Shown here: positions 35,882 through 45,310 of the stretch, piece by piece | How positions within the stretch are numbered: the first letter of the stretch is position 1 | Layout of the letters: the number at the start of each line of letters is the position of its first letter | NCBI GenBank assembly: GCA_001804705.1 | Contig: MHAY01000060.1 | Span: forward strand, 52,055-116,054 | Length of the DNA stretch: 64,000 nt | DNA from: Ignavibacteria bacterium RIFOXYC2_FULL_35_21 | GTDB taxonomy: Bacteria; Bacteroidota; Ignavibacteria; Kapaibacteriales; UBA2268 | Direction: 5' to 3' | Position numbers and translations under genes: made by a program | The notes under the pieces: generated by a model | Seen by the model: the letters and a program-made list of their open reading frames with translations, nothing else | Told to the model about the DNA's origin: nothing | The model's database searches: none

Positions 35882-37363
35882 TCAATAATTATCTATCTGG
35901 GCTCTCTGCAATTTTCCTGAAAAATCAATATATACGGTTTTCCATTCTGTGAATATGTCAAATACAGTCCAGCCTCCTTCACGATGACCATTTCCCGTGC
36001 CTTTAACGCCACCGAATGGCATGTGTGCCTCTGCTCCGATTGTCGGGCTGTTGATATATGTAATACCAGCTTCGATGTCTCGCATACCAATACATGCTTC
36101 ACCAATATCATTTGTATATAATGAAGATGACAAACCGTATTGTACGCCATTAGCGAGTTCCAATCCATGTTCGAATGAATCGGCTTTGCTGACAGCAAGC
36201 ACAGGACCGAAAATTTCCTCCTGAAAGATTGTCATATCTATTGTGATGTCTGCTATTATTGTCGGTTTGTAGAAAGAACCTTTTGCCAAATCTCCTTCAG
36301 TTGCCCTTTCGCCGCCAAGAACTAATCTGCCGCCTTCTTTGACAGCAATTTTAACGTAATTATCAATTTCTTTCAAGGCTGTCTCATGAATAACCGGACC
36401 AACCTGGGTGCCTTCTTTCAAGCCATCACCTAATTTAAGTTTTCCGGCTTTGGCTACAAGCATGTTAATGAACTTTTCGTAAATATCTTTGTGAATAATC
36501 AATCTTGAAGTTGCTGTACACCTTTGTCCTGTTGTACCGAAAGCACCCCACAACACACCTTCAATCGCTGAATCCAAATCGGCTGAAGGCATTACAACCT
36601 GCGGATTTTTTCCGCCCATTTCGAGAGAACATTTTTTATTTGTCCTTCCGCAAATTTCACCGATTTGTAAACCAATTCCTGTTGAACCGGTAAATCCGAT
36701 GAGATTGACATCCGGATGTTCCACAATCATATTCCCCATGCTCCCTTTACCGAGAATAACATTGAAAACACCTGGAGGAATGCCCGCTTCTTCGAGTATT
36801 TCGGCAAATATAACCCCAGAGTGGGGTGAATCTTTTGATGGCTTATATACTACTGTATTTCCAGCAGCAAGTGCGGGTAGAATTTTCCAGGAAGGAACGG
36901 CAACAGGGAAATTCCATGCAGTGATTATTCCACAAACTCCGATTGGAACTCTGAATGAAAGATTGAATTTATTCATCATTTCGCTTGGTGCAGTATGACC
37001 GAAAAGCCTTCTCGTTTCGGAAGCGGCATAGTATGCAGTATCAATAGCTTCCTGAACATCGCCTTCGGTTTCAAAAGTTGGTTTTCCCATTTCGCGGGTC
37101 ATAATTCTACCAAGCTCCTTTTTTCTTCGGCTGAAAATATCTCCTGCTTTACGCAAAATATCACCACGCTTGGGTGCGGGTATAAGCCGCCATGATTTGA
37201 AAGCTGCTTTAGCTGCAGAAACAGCATCATCCACATCTTCCTGTCCTGATAATGGAAATTTGCCGATTATGTCATTATGATTGGCAGGATTAATATTATC
37301 GAATGTCTGCCCACTCTTAGCTGTTCCCCATTGACCATTAATGTAATTTTTAAATTCTTGCAT
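35882..37363 (-). CDS. NAD(P)-dependent aldehyde dehydrogenase
   Basis: 493 aa with the catalytic-region motifs LEMGGKNP and FGTTGQRCTA. Confidence 0.9.
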   Translation of the reverse strand: MQEFKNYINGQWGTAKSGQTFDNINPANHNDIIGKFPLSGQEDVDDAVSAAKAAFKSWRLIPAPKRGDILRKAGDIFSRRKKELGRIMTREMGKPTFETEGDVQEAIDTAYYAASETRRLFGHTAPSEMMNKFNLSFRVPIGVCGIITAWNFPVAVPSWKILPALAAGNTVVYKPSKDSPHSGVIFAEILEEAGIPPGVFNVILGKGSMGNMIVEHPDVNLIGFTGSTGIGLQIGEICGRTNKKCSLEMGGKNPQVVMPSADLDSAIEGVLWGAFGTTGQRCTATSRLIIHKDIYEKFINMLVAKAGKLKLGDGLKEGTQVGPVIHETALKEIDNYVKIAVKEGGRLVLGGERATEGDLAKGSFYKPTIIADITIDMTIFQEEIFGPVLAVSKADSFEHGLELANGVQYGLSSSLYTNDIGEACIGMRDIEAGITYINSPTIGAEAHMPFGGVKGTGNGHREGGWTVFDIFTEWKTVYIDFSGKLQRAQIDNY

Positions 37364-37600
37364 TTGAATTACTCCTTGTTATTAATACTTTTTATTTTTT
37401 TCATTCTGAAAAATATTATTAAAAGAATATAAAAAATATGTATTTTGCGTTTTATTATTTATTATGCAAAGACCTATACTAATTTTAGAAAGACAAAATT
37501 ACAATCATTAATATTGAAAAAAAATTAGAGTTTTAGATATGTAATTTAAATATACATAGATTTTTAAGTGATTATTGAAAATTAACAACATTAACAAGCT

Positions 37601-38155
37601 ATGAAAACATTATATTCAGTTATAATCATTTTATTATTTTTTGGAATAAGCCTAAAAGCCCAGTTCAGGCCAATTGATACATTAACCGGAAAGGTTGTCC
37701 ATTACACAGGAGTATATGCAGGAGCCGCATCAATATTAGAAGACAAGCTATTCGGATTTTCGCTTCATGGAGAATATGAATATAGAATGGTAAAATCATC
37801 TTTTGGTTTTGGATTAGCATTACAAATGCTTTTTTCGGATATGACTGAGATTGGCGTCGGCTTCCCGGTTTACTGGCATGGAATAACAAGCATGAATTTG
37901 AGATTCAGTCTTACTCCGGGGGTAACTATTACTAAGAGAGTGATATATTCAAGGATTGGTCCCGGAACATCTGAATTTGAAGAAACAAAAAACACAACAA
38001 ACTTTTTTGTTCGTGCAGGTTTAGGGTGGGAGACGTTTATTTACAGAGATGCAGACCCTGTGCTGGTTTTGACACCAATTCTCAGCTTTGATATTATAAG
38101 CGAAAGTGAAGTGTATATGGGTATAGGGGCTAGTCTAAGCTGGATTATATATTAA
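37601..38155 (+). CDS. Small predicted outer-membrane beta-barrel protein
   Basis: Signal peptide, alternating Gly/aromatic strands, and an aromatic C-terminus (..LSWIIY). Confidence 0.45.
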   Translation: MKTLYSVIIILLFFGISLKAQFRPIDTLTGKVVHYTGVYAGAASILEDKLFGFSLHGEYEYRMVKSSFGFGLALQMLFSDMTEIGVGFPVYWHGITSMNLRFSLTPGVTITKRVIYSRIGPGTSEFEETKNTTNFFVRAGLGWETFIYRDADPVLVLTPILSFDIISESEVYMGIGASLSWIIY

Positions 38156-38180
38156 AAAAATAAATTTTTATGAGGCTCAA

Positions 38181-38615
38181 ATGAAAATAAAATTACTACG
38201 ATTCACTTTGTTATTTTATTTCTTTTCATTCTCTCTTTTTGCACAGTCTTATGATTTTGGGAAAATAAAAATAATATCGGGCTTTGACCCTGCTGTTGCT
38301 TTTTCTGAAGAAACGAAAAGTTATCTCGATGCTTTAGTTACTTACTTATATGCTAATCCTGCTTTTCAAGTCAAGGTAACAGGACATTCTGATAATACAA
38401 GTACATTAGAGCAGAATGACAAATTATCTATTGAAAGAGCTAAGATGGTTACCGATTATATATTGTCGAAAGGGATAACAAAGGATAGAATCATCGAGAA
38501 AGGGGAAGGTGCAAAAATGCCGATTGTCCCCAATGATTCACCTGAAAATAGGGCATTGAATAATAGAGTGGAAATTAGTGTTATACATTCTTCTACGGAT
38601 TCGTCAAACGAATAA
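38181..38615 (+). CDS. OmpA-family peptidoglycan-binding domain protein
   Basis: Signal peptide, then VTGHSDNT...LSIERAKMV...NRALNNRVEISV. Confidence 0.8.
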   Translation: MKIKLLRFTLLFYFFSFSLFAQSYDFGKIKIISGFDPAVAFSEETKSYLDALVTYLYANPAFQVKVTGHSDNTSTLEQNDKLSIERAKMVTDYILSKGITKDRIIEKGEGAKMPIVPNDSPENRALNNRVEISVIHSSTDSSNE

Positions 38616-38617
38616 AA

Positions 38618-40708
38618 ATGAAACCTTTAAAAGTTGCTATTCTTTGGCATTATCACCAGCCGTATTATGATAAAGACGGTGAGTTGATTCTTCCATGGGT
38701 AAGACTACATAGCGTGAAAGATTATTGGGACCTTCCCGAATTGTTCCACGAATATCCTGATGTGAAACAGACTGTAAACCTTGTGCCATCCCTGAGTATG
38801 CAGATTGATGATTATATTAACGGCAAAACATTCGATAAGATTCAAAGGCTCACTAATATTAATCCTTCTGAATTGACTGAATCAAATAAGAGAGAAATAT
38901 TAAGATTGTTTTTTCTTTGCAACGAAGAAAATATGATTTTTCCATATCCCCGCTATCGGGAGCTTTACGAACAAGCTCAGAATAAAGATGAAGCTATTAA
39001 TAAATTTACAGGGCAGGATTGGTTTGATTTGCAGGTCTGGTACAATCTGACCTGGTTCGGATATTTTTCCAAGGAGAGGAAACCAATCAAAAGGCTGTTG
39101 AAGAAGGGTAGGGGTTTTTCGGAAATAGAAAAAAAACTGGTTATGGAAATGCAGATTGATGTGCTGAAGCAAATTAACAGCCAAATGAAAATGCTACATT
39201 CATTGGAGCAAATTGAATTAAGCTGTACTCCACTTTATCACCCGATTTTGCCTTTACTGTGTGACACACATTCTGCAAAACAAGCAATGCCTGAGATTAA
39301 CTTACCCGAAAATAATTTTGCTTTTCCTGAAGATGCAAAAGCTCAAATCAATGGAGCTATAAATTATTATGAGAGTCAATTAGGCATCAAACCCAAAGGA
39401 ATGTGGCCCTCGGAAGGTTCTATTTCGGACGAGGTTTTGAGATTAATGATTGGAGGCGGATTGGAGTGGACTGCAAGCGATGAGGGTGTACTTGCGGCTT
39501 CAAATGCTGAAAATTATGATTATACTGAAAAATATTTCCCAAGGAAATACATTGCTGATAATGGTGAAATTGCTATCCTGTTCAGAGACCACACGCTATC
39601 CGATGCGATTGGATTTTTGTATTCCAGGTGGAATCCGCATGATGCGGCGAGGGATTTTATCGGAAGACTGGAAGGAATAAGAAATGATCTGATAAATAAG
39701 AGGGGAGAGGATTGCCTTAAATATGCAGTTGTACCGATAATACTCGATGGAGAGAATTGCTGGGAATTTTATCAGTATAACGGATTACCATTTCTGAAAG
39801 CACTTTTTGAGCAATTATCAAATTCTGAAACAATCGAGACTGTTACTTGTTCAACAGCCACAGCAAACGAGAATCTCGATTATTTGCCTCCTATTAAAGC
39901 AGTAAGAGCTGGGTCGTGGATTAACGCAGATTTCAATATCTGGATGGGGCATGAAGAACACCGTAAGGCTTGGTCTATGCTCGCGAAAGCAAGGCAAAAG
40001 GTAGAAGAAAAACAATCAGAACATGATGTGCAAAAATTGAATGAAGTGATGAAGGAAATATATATAGCCGAAGGCTCTGACTGGTTCTGGTGGTATGGCG
40101 ATACTCACATTGCAGAGAATAAGAGTGATTTTGATGTTCTGTTCCGTTGGCATATTGGAAACATTTACAAACTGCTCGGTGAGGAAATTCCAAAGGATGT
40201 TGAGGTACCTATTGGTAAAGAATATGAAGTTGTAAAAGTAGTAAAGCAGGAGGGACCGGTAACACCTTCGATTGACGGTAAAATCAGTGCTGAAGATGAG
40301 TGGATTAAAGCAGGTTATTATGATGCCCAAAGCTCAATGACGGCTATGCATCAGGTAGGAGAACTACTCCAAAAACTCTGGTATGCTAATGATAATAACA
40401 ATATTTATCTTAGGTTTGACCTTGTTAAAGCACTCGATGAGGATGATTCTATAGAAGTTCAGTTTCTGAATCCGAAAAATTTTCAATTAATAATCAGAAA
40501 AAATATTTTTGAAATAAAATCAGATGATGCCATAAAACTAAATCAATTTTCATACTCTAATTACGAAATTGTTGAACTATCATTTTCAAAATCAACATTT
40601 ATCAGTGACAATACATCCGAAATAAAGCTTGAGCTGACAATACAGACTAAAACAAAAGAAGGAGATATCTGTTATCCGAGACAAGGGAGTCTGGAATTAT
40701 TGATGTAA
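38618..40708 (+). CDS. Glycoside hydrolase family 57 enzyme (alpha-amylase / alpha-glucanotransferase type)
   Basis: The N-terminal WHYHQPYY motif, the DGENCWE catalytic-region motif, and WFWWYGD. Confidence 0.85.
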   Translation: MKPLKVAILWHYHQPYYDKDGELILPWVRLHSVKDYWDLPELFHEYPDVKQTVNLVPSLSMQIDDYINGKTFDKIQRLTNINPSELTESNKREILRLFFLCNEENMIFPYPRYRELYEQAQNKDEAINKFTGQDWFDLQVWYNLTWFGYFSKERKPIKRLLKKGRGFSEIEKKLVMEMQIDVLKQINSQMKMLHSLEQIELSCTPLYHPILPLLCDTHSAKQAMPEINLPENNFAFPEDAKAQINGAINYYESQLGIKPKGMWPSEGSISDEVLRLMIGGGLEWTASDEGVLAASNAENYDYTEKYFPRKYIADNGEIAILFRDHTLSDAIGFLYSRWNPHDAARDFIGRLEGIRNDLINKRGEDCLKYAVVPIILDGENCWEFYQYNGLPFLKALFEQLSNSETIETVTCSTATANENLDYLPPIKAVRAGSWINADFNIWMGHEEHRKAWSMLAKARQKVEEKQSEHDVQKLNEVMKEIYIAEGSDWFWWYGDTHIAENKSDFDVLFRWHIGNIYKLLGEEIPKDVEVPIGKEYEVVKVVKQEGPVTPSIDGKISAEDEWIKAGYYDAQSSMTAMHQVGELLQKLWYANDNNNIYLRFDLVKALDEDDSIEVQFLNPKNFQLIIRKNIFEIKSDDAIKLNQFSYSNYEIVELSFSKSTFISDNTSEIKLELTIQTKTKEGDICYPRQGSLELLM

Positions 40709-40720
40709 TTCAACTTCAAA

Positions 40721-40741
40721 TTCTGAATTCTGAATTCTGAA
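40721..40741. repeat. Tandem heptamer TTCTGAA x3
   Basis: Three perfect adjacent copies directly after the GH57 stop. The unit equals the stem core of repeat family B. Confidence 0.8.
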
Positions 40742-40744
40742 TTA

Positions 40745-40870
40745 TTTTTTTTACTACAAAGCCCACAAAGAAAAGAAAGTCATTCTGAATATATTTCAGA
40801 ATCCATTTTCTGAACAGGATTAAAAAGATTAAAGGATTACAGGATTTTTTACCACAAAGCCCAAAAAGAA
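40745..40870. repeat. Direct repeat pair T(6-8)-ACYACAAAGCCCAMAAAGAA (40745-40772 and 40845-40870) enclosing a family B hairpin
   Basis: ttttttttactacaaagcccacaaagaa versus ttttttaccacaaagcccaaaaagaa, read by eye. Confidence 0.6.
40779..40804. repeat. Palindromic repeat, family B copy (inverted orientation)
   Basis: GTCATTCTGAA-tatat-TTCAGAATCC. Confidence 0.6.
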
Positions 40871-40966
40871 TTTTTGTGATATAGAGCCAAAACGTGCATT
40901 TTGTTCATCTGGAGCAGGTTTGACAGAGTTTTCATTTTTTCAATTTTGAATTTTGTTATGGATAAC

Positions 40967-40999
40967 AAAAATCCCCCGAACCCCCTTTGAAAAAGGGGG
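40967..40999. repeat. Palindromic repeat, family A copy
   Basis: aaaaATCCCCCGAA-CCCCCTTT-gaa-AAAGGGGG. Confidence 0.65.
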
Positions 41000-41022
41000 C
41001 AGTTGATGTGGGTTGTGGATAT

Positions 41023-41052
41023 GGATTCTTCGACAGGCTCAGAATGACAATC
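41023..41052. repeat. Repeat family B copy with a degenerate stem
   Basis: GGATTCTTCGACAGGCTCAGAATGACAATC shares its GGATTCT... and ...TCAGAATGACAATC ends with 30195-30223. Confidence 0.5.
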
Positions 41053-41071
41053 TGTGGTTTTGTGGAAAATT

Positions 41072-41108
41072 AAAAATCCCCCTGAATCCCCCTTTTTTAC
41101 AAAGTGGG
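41072..41108. repeat. Palindromic repeat, family A copy (degenerate)
   Basis: aaaaATCCCCCTGAA-TCCCCCTTTTTTACAAAGTGGGA has the same ATCCCCC-nnAA leader as the copies at 40967 and 49723. Confidence 0.5.
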
Positions 41109-41112
41109 AAAT

Positions 41113-41547
41113 TTATTTCACAGCAATCATTGAAATTTCGATATGGGCACCCATTGGCAGGGCGGCTACCTGTATGGTTTCGCGTGCAGGGAAATCTGCA
41201 GTAAAAAATGAAGCATATACTTTATTGACAGGATTGAATTCTTTCATATCAGTCAAGTATATAGTTGTTTTTACGATATTTTCAAAAGTACAGTCTGCGG
41301 CTTCGAGAACGTTTTTTAAATTATTCAGAATAATTTCAGCTTCCTTGGCGGCACCACCTTCGGCGATTTTGCCTGTGGCAGTATCGAGTGCAATCTGCCC
41401 TGATAAATAAATTGTACTGCCGAACTTGATTGCCTGGCTGTAAGGACCAATGGGCTTTGGTGCTTTCTCTGAGAAAATTACTTTTTTGTCTTTTGCTGTT
41501 AAATTTAAAGACATAAACAAGCATAATATAAAAATAAAATATTTCAT
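41113..41547 (-). CDS. ridA: RidA (YjgF/L-PSP) family enamine/imine deaminase with an N-terminal Sec signal peptide
   Basis: MKYFIFILCLFMSLNLTA signal, then APKPIGPYSQAI..G..IYLSGQIALD...ARETIQVAALPMGAHIEI. Confidence 0.85.
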   Translation of the reverse strand: MKYFIFILCLFMSLNLTAKDKKVIFSEKAPKPIGPYSQAIKFGSTIYLSGQIALDTATGKIAEGGAAKEAEIILNNLKNVLEAADCTFENIVKTTIYLTDMKEFNPVNKVYASFFTADFPARETIQVAALPMGAHIEISMIAVK

Positions 41548-41561
41548 TTTTCCTCTATGAA

Positions 41562-42854
41562 TTATGATTTAGACATTTCTGTAATTGCTTCGACAAGAAT
41601 GTCGAGGTCTTTTGTTGACGTATAAACATGAGGTGTTACACGCACACCTTTGATGTTTTCCCAGTCAATCGGCGTTGTATGTATCTTGTATTTACTGAGT
41701 AATGTACTTTCGATGTCAGCAGGTTTCATACCGTCAATTGAAAAGATAGCCAAAGCACAAGAATAATTCTCTTTTAGAGAAGTCTGGAGCTTTACTCTAT
41801 CCAATTTTACCACTTTACTTGCCCAATAATTTTTAAGGAAACGCAAGCGTTCTTCTTTTCTTTTTGTAGTTATTGAATTATGGAAATTAATCGCACTTCC
41901 AATGGCATGTTCGGCAGGAAATGAGCGTGTGCCAAGTGTTTCAAATTTTCTGATGTCTTCACTTTCAGGTTTATCATTCGGGTAGAGGGGCCAGATTGTT
42001 TTGATTTTATTTTTCTTAACGTAGAGCATACCTGTTCCGAAGGGGGCACATAGCCATTTGTGGAGGCTGGTACCGAGAAAATCGCAATTCAAATCATCAA
42101 TTCTGAAATCAATATGAGCGAAAGTGTGAGCAGCATCAACAATCACATCAATACCAAGCTTATGTGCCTCATCAGCTATTTTTCTCGAAGGAAGAATCTG
42201 TCCGCTCCAGTTAATCATGTGAGTGATGTTAACTGCTTTGGTTTTTGAAGTGAATGTATTTTTGAACTGATTTACAATTTCATCATCATTTTCAAGTGGG
42301 AGATTCAGGTTTACCCATTTTATAATTATGCCGTCTCGTTTTTCCCTTTGTTTCCATGCATTAATCACATTAGGATAGTCCTGCTTTGTAAGGACAACTT
42401 CATCACCTTTGGATAAATTTAAACCGAAGATAACCATATCGAGTGCTTCTGTAGTATTTCTACATATTGAGACTTCCTCGATTGAAGTACCGGCTAAGTT
42501 TGCAAGGCGTTTTCTAAGCATTTCACGCCCCTGGTCAAGAATACGCCACATATAGTAAGATGGTCCCTCGTTGCACATACGATTAAAATTATCAAATGCA
42601 TCCTGAACGACTTTTGGCTGAGGACTGACACCTCCATTATTCAGGTTGATGATATTAGGATTGACAGTATAAGACTGCTGAACCCAAGCCCAGAAATCCT
42701 CATCCTGAGCTGAATCCTCGGGGGATAATCCCATAAAGTTGTTGTAAGCACTTTCGACGGAATCTTTTGCTTTTGCCGGGAAATAAGAAAAAAATGGTGC
42801 TGCTGTCAGGAAAACTCCAAGATACCTGACAAAGTCTCTCCTTTGGAATTGCAT
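41562..42854 (-). CDS. Class V aminotransferase-fold PLP enzyme (cysteine desulfurase / isopenicillin-N epimerase-like) with a twin-arginine signal
   Basis: N-terminal MQFQRRDFVRYLGVFLTAAPFF...AKA (Tat motif RRxFV). The PLP-lysine region is SLHKWLCAPFGTG. Confidence 0.75.
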   Translation of the reverse strand: MQFQRRDFVRYLGVFLTAAPFFSYFPAKAKDSVESAYNNFMGLSPEDSAQDEDFWAWVQQSYTVNPNIINLNNGGVSPQPKVVQDAFDNFNRMCNEGPSYYMWRILDQGREMLRKRLANLAGTSIEEVSICRNTTEALDMVIFGLNLSKGDEVVLTKQDYPNVINAWKQREKRDGIIIKWVNLNLPLENDDEIVNQFKNTFTSKTKAVNITHMINWSGQILPSRKIADEAHKLGIDVIVDAAHTFAHIDFRIDDLNCDFLGTSLHKWLCAPFGTGMLYVKKNKIKTIWPLYPNDKPESEDIRKFETLGTRSFPAEHAIGSAINFHNSITTKRKEERLRFLKNYWASKVVKLDRVKLQTSLKENYSCALAIFSIDGMKPADIESTLLSKYKIHTTPIDWENIKGVRVTPHVYTSTKDLDILVEAITEMSKS

Positions 42855-42987
42855 ATTTACCTCAATAATGTTTGGCAGATTTTTTGAAATGCAATAATAG
42901 AAATTTTTAGTGATAAGACAAATTAAATTGAAAAATTTTCTTTAAATAGTCATTGTTTTTGCATAAATTTTATTTATTCAAAATCAA

Positions 42988-43995
42988 TTGTTTCAGAGAT
43001 TTAATAAAACATTGAATAAAAAGCGAGACATAGAACTAATCATAATTTCTTACAATTCATGTAAAATGACTCTCAATTGTATTGAATCAATCATTAATAC
43101 AACGGATGGCCTGGATATTGGAATCACGGTAGTTGACAATGGTTCTATGGATGATACTGTCATAGAGGTAATTAATAAATATCCACATGTAAAAATAATA
43201 TCCAATGATGAGAATCTCGGATATGCTGCTGCTGTCAACGCTGGAGCCAAATCCTCGGGGGCTAAAATCATTATCATATCAAATAATGATGTGATTTATC
43301 ATGAAAAAACGATTAACAAACTTATTTCATATTTAGAAAATAATCCTGAAACCGCTGTAACAGGCCCACAGCAGATGTATCCCGACGGCAGTTGGGAATA
43401 CAGCTATGGGAGGCTACCGGGAATAATACTTGGATTAAAAAATCTTTTTCTTATTACTTCAATTCAACAGAATTGGCAAAGATTAAGATGGAGGAAGAAA
43501 AATAAAGGTTTGAAACCTAAGAATACACAATATGTTGATGGTGCAGTCATGGCAGTCAGGAAAAATGTTTTTGACAGCCTGAAAGGATTTGATGAGGATT
43601 ATTTTTTCTATACCGAAGAAGCGGATTTTTGTAAAAGAGTTAAGGACAAAGGATTAAAAGTAAAGTTTATTCCTGATGCAGTTGTAACTCACATAAGAGG
43701 AGGAAGCTCGACAAGGATGGGTTATGATGAAAACAAGGTTCAGACATTTATAACAAGTAAATTCATTTATTGCGACAAGCATTTTTCACCTCTAAGGACA
43801 AGAATTTATGCGAGTTTGGAAATTGTGCATAATTATTCAATGATATTAATGTGGAAACTGATAAATTTGTTTTTCACAAAGGGTAAAAAACATTATATTC
43901 AATCGAAGATTAAAGTATATAAGATTTTAGCTAAAACATGGAAAAATGTTTTTGCCAAATATTTAGATAAAGAATTATTAATAGAAAACAAATAA
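42988..43995 (+). CDS. Family 2 glycosyltransferase
   Basis: IELIIISYNS, VVDNGSMDDT and DEDYFFYTEEADFC (DxD/ED region). The track start is a TTG, so the true start is uncertain. Confidence 0.8.
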   Translation: MFQRFNKTLNKKRDIELIIISYNSCKMTLNCIESIINTTDGLDIGITVVDNGSMDDTVIEVINKYPHVKIISNDENLGYAAAVNAGAKSSGAKIIIISNNDVIYHEKTINKLISYLENNPETAVTGPQQMYPDGSWEYSYGRLPGIILGLKNLFLITSIQQNWQRLRWRKKNKGLKPKNTQYVDGAVMAVRKNVFDSLKGFDEDYFFYTEEADFCKRVKDKGLKVKFIPDAVVTHIRGGSSTRMGYDENKVQTFITSKFIYCDKHFSPLRTRIYASLEIVHNYSMILMWKLINLFFTKGKKHYIQSKIKVYKILAKTWKNVFAKYLDKELLIENK

Positions 43996-44023
43996 CAATT
44001 TATAAATTACTTTAGAAGATAAA

Positions 44024-45067
44024 ATGAAAACAAAGACAGAAGAAAAAAGCCCGGTTGTCGAACAGACTATTCCGGAAGAAAAGCTGAAAGCAGTAAATTT
44101 TGCAATGGAACAGATAGAGAAACAACATGGCAAAGGTTCAATCATGCGGCTAAGCGATAAGAATATAGTGCAGGTTTCTGCTATTCCAACCGGATGTTTT
44201 TCCTTTGATGCCGCTATTGGCATTGGTGGAGTGCCTCGTGGCAGGATTACTGAAATATTCGGTCCCGAATCATCAGGAAAAACAACAGTTTGTTTGCATG
44301 TGATTGCCGAAGCACAGAAGCTGGGTGGAATTGCAGCATTTATTGATACGGAACATGCCTTAGATGCCAATTATGCAAAGAGGATTGGAGTTGACCTGAA
44401 CAATCTTCTTTTATCTCAGCCTGAATTTGGCGAACAGGCACTTGAAATCGTTGATACACTTGTGCGAAGCGGTGCAATTGATGTGATTGTTATTGACTCA
44501 GTTGCAGCATTAACTCCGAGAGTTGAGATTGAAGGCGATATGGGTGATGCACAGATGGGCTCACAAGCGAGGCTGATGTCGCAGGCAATGAGGAAACTGC
44601 AGGCGGCTATCGGTAAATCGAATACCTGTGTCATGTTCACTAACCAATTAAGAAGCAAGATTGGTGTTGTGTATGGTAATCCCGAAACCACAACCGGCGG
44701 CAATGCGTTGAAATTTTATGCTTCTGTACGAATTGACATCAGAAGGAAAGAGATTATCAAGGAAGGACAGGAAATTATCGGGAACAGGGTAAAAGTTAAA
44801 ATTGTGAAAAACAAGATTGCACCTCCTTTTAAGGAAGTTGAATTTGACATTCTATATAATGAAGGCATTTCGAAAATCGGTGATTTGATTGATACTGCAA
44901 CCGAATATGGCATAGTAACAAAGAGCGGTTCATGGTACACGTTCAAAGGCGAAAGAATGCAAGGCAGGGAAGGTTTGAAGAAAGTGCTTGTTGAAGACCC
45001 TAAACTTTTAGAAGAACTTGAAACTCAGGTGAAAACTTCTTTGAATATGCCGGCTGAAAATAAATAA
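44024..45067 (+). CDS. recA: Recombinase RecA
   Basis: Walker [19 protein letters not shown], and the L2-loop region [30 protein letters not shown]. Confidence 0.97.
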   Translation: MKTKTEEKSPVVEQTIPEEKLKAVNFAMEQIEKQHGKGSIMRLSDKNIVQVSAIPTGCFSFDAAIGIGGVPRGRITEIFGPESSGKTTVCLHVIAEAQKLGGIAAFIDTEHALDANYAKRIGVDLNNLLLSQPEFGEQALEIVDTLVRSGAIDVIVIDSVAALTPRVEIEGDMGDAQMGSQARLMSQAMRKLQAAIGKSNTCVMFTNQLRSKIGVVYGNPETTTGGNALKFYASVRIDIRRKEIIKEGQEIIGNRVKVKIVKNKIAPPFKEVEFDILYNEGISKIGDLIDTATEYGIVTKSGSWYTFKGERMQGREGLKKVLVEDPKLLEELETQVKTSLNMPAENK

Positions 45068-45310
45068 TGTGGTTGATTATTCTAATATATTAATTCATTT
45101 TACGAAATAATTATTATTTTTATAATTTTCAATTTTCAATATTGAATTTTCAATCAATTTTAAAATTTCCAATGTTTAAATAGAAAAGAACATTACGGCA
45201 TTAATACAATTTACCATTTAAAAGAAGTAAAAATTTGAAATTGATAATTTGATTCAGCTACACAATTAATATGTAGCGTTATATGAGTAATTATCAAACT
45301 GCAAAAAAAC

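Noticed and set aside
35893-37195. Several 60-100-aa ORFs on both strands within the aldehyde dehydrogenase gene.
   Set aside because: All are contained in, or antisense to, a full-length ALDH with intact catalytic motifs. They are shadow ORFs.
40721-40870. A possible CRISPR-like array, given the clustered short repeats after GH57.
   Set aside because: The repeat units are 7 nt in tandem, or a single 26-28-nt pair. There are no regularly spaced 25-40-nt repeats with unique spacers, and no cas genes in the window.
41013-41410. Plus-strand ORFs 41013..41204 and 41054..41410.
   Set aside because: Their 5' parts are translations of the palindromic repeats (..RQAQNDN.., ..IPLNPPF..). The remainder is antisense to ridA. 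There is no coding evidence.
43978-44703. Minus-strand ORFs of 130 aa (43978..44370) and 95 aa (44416..44703).
   Set aside because: Both are antisense to recA, whose identity is unambiguous. They are frame-shadow ORFs.
45068-45310. A structured RNA or regulatory element in the 243-nt recA-recX spacer, which contains TTTTCAAT-type short repeats and a GCTACA...TGTAGC hairpin.
   Set aside because: It is low-complexity AT-rich sequence with only short stems. Nothing distinguishes it from a normal spacer without expression data.
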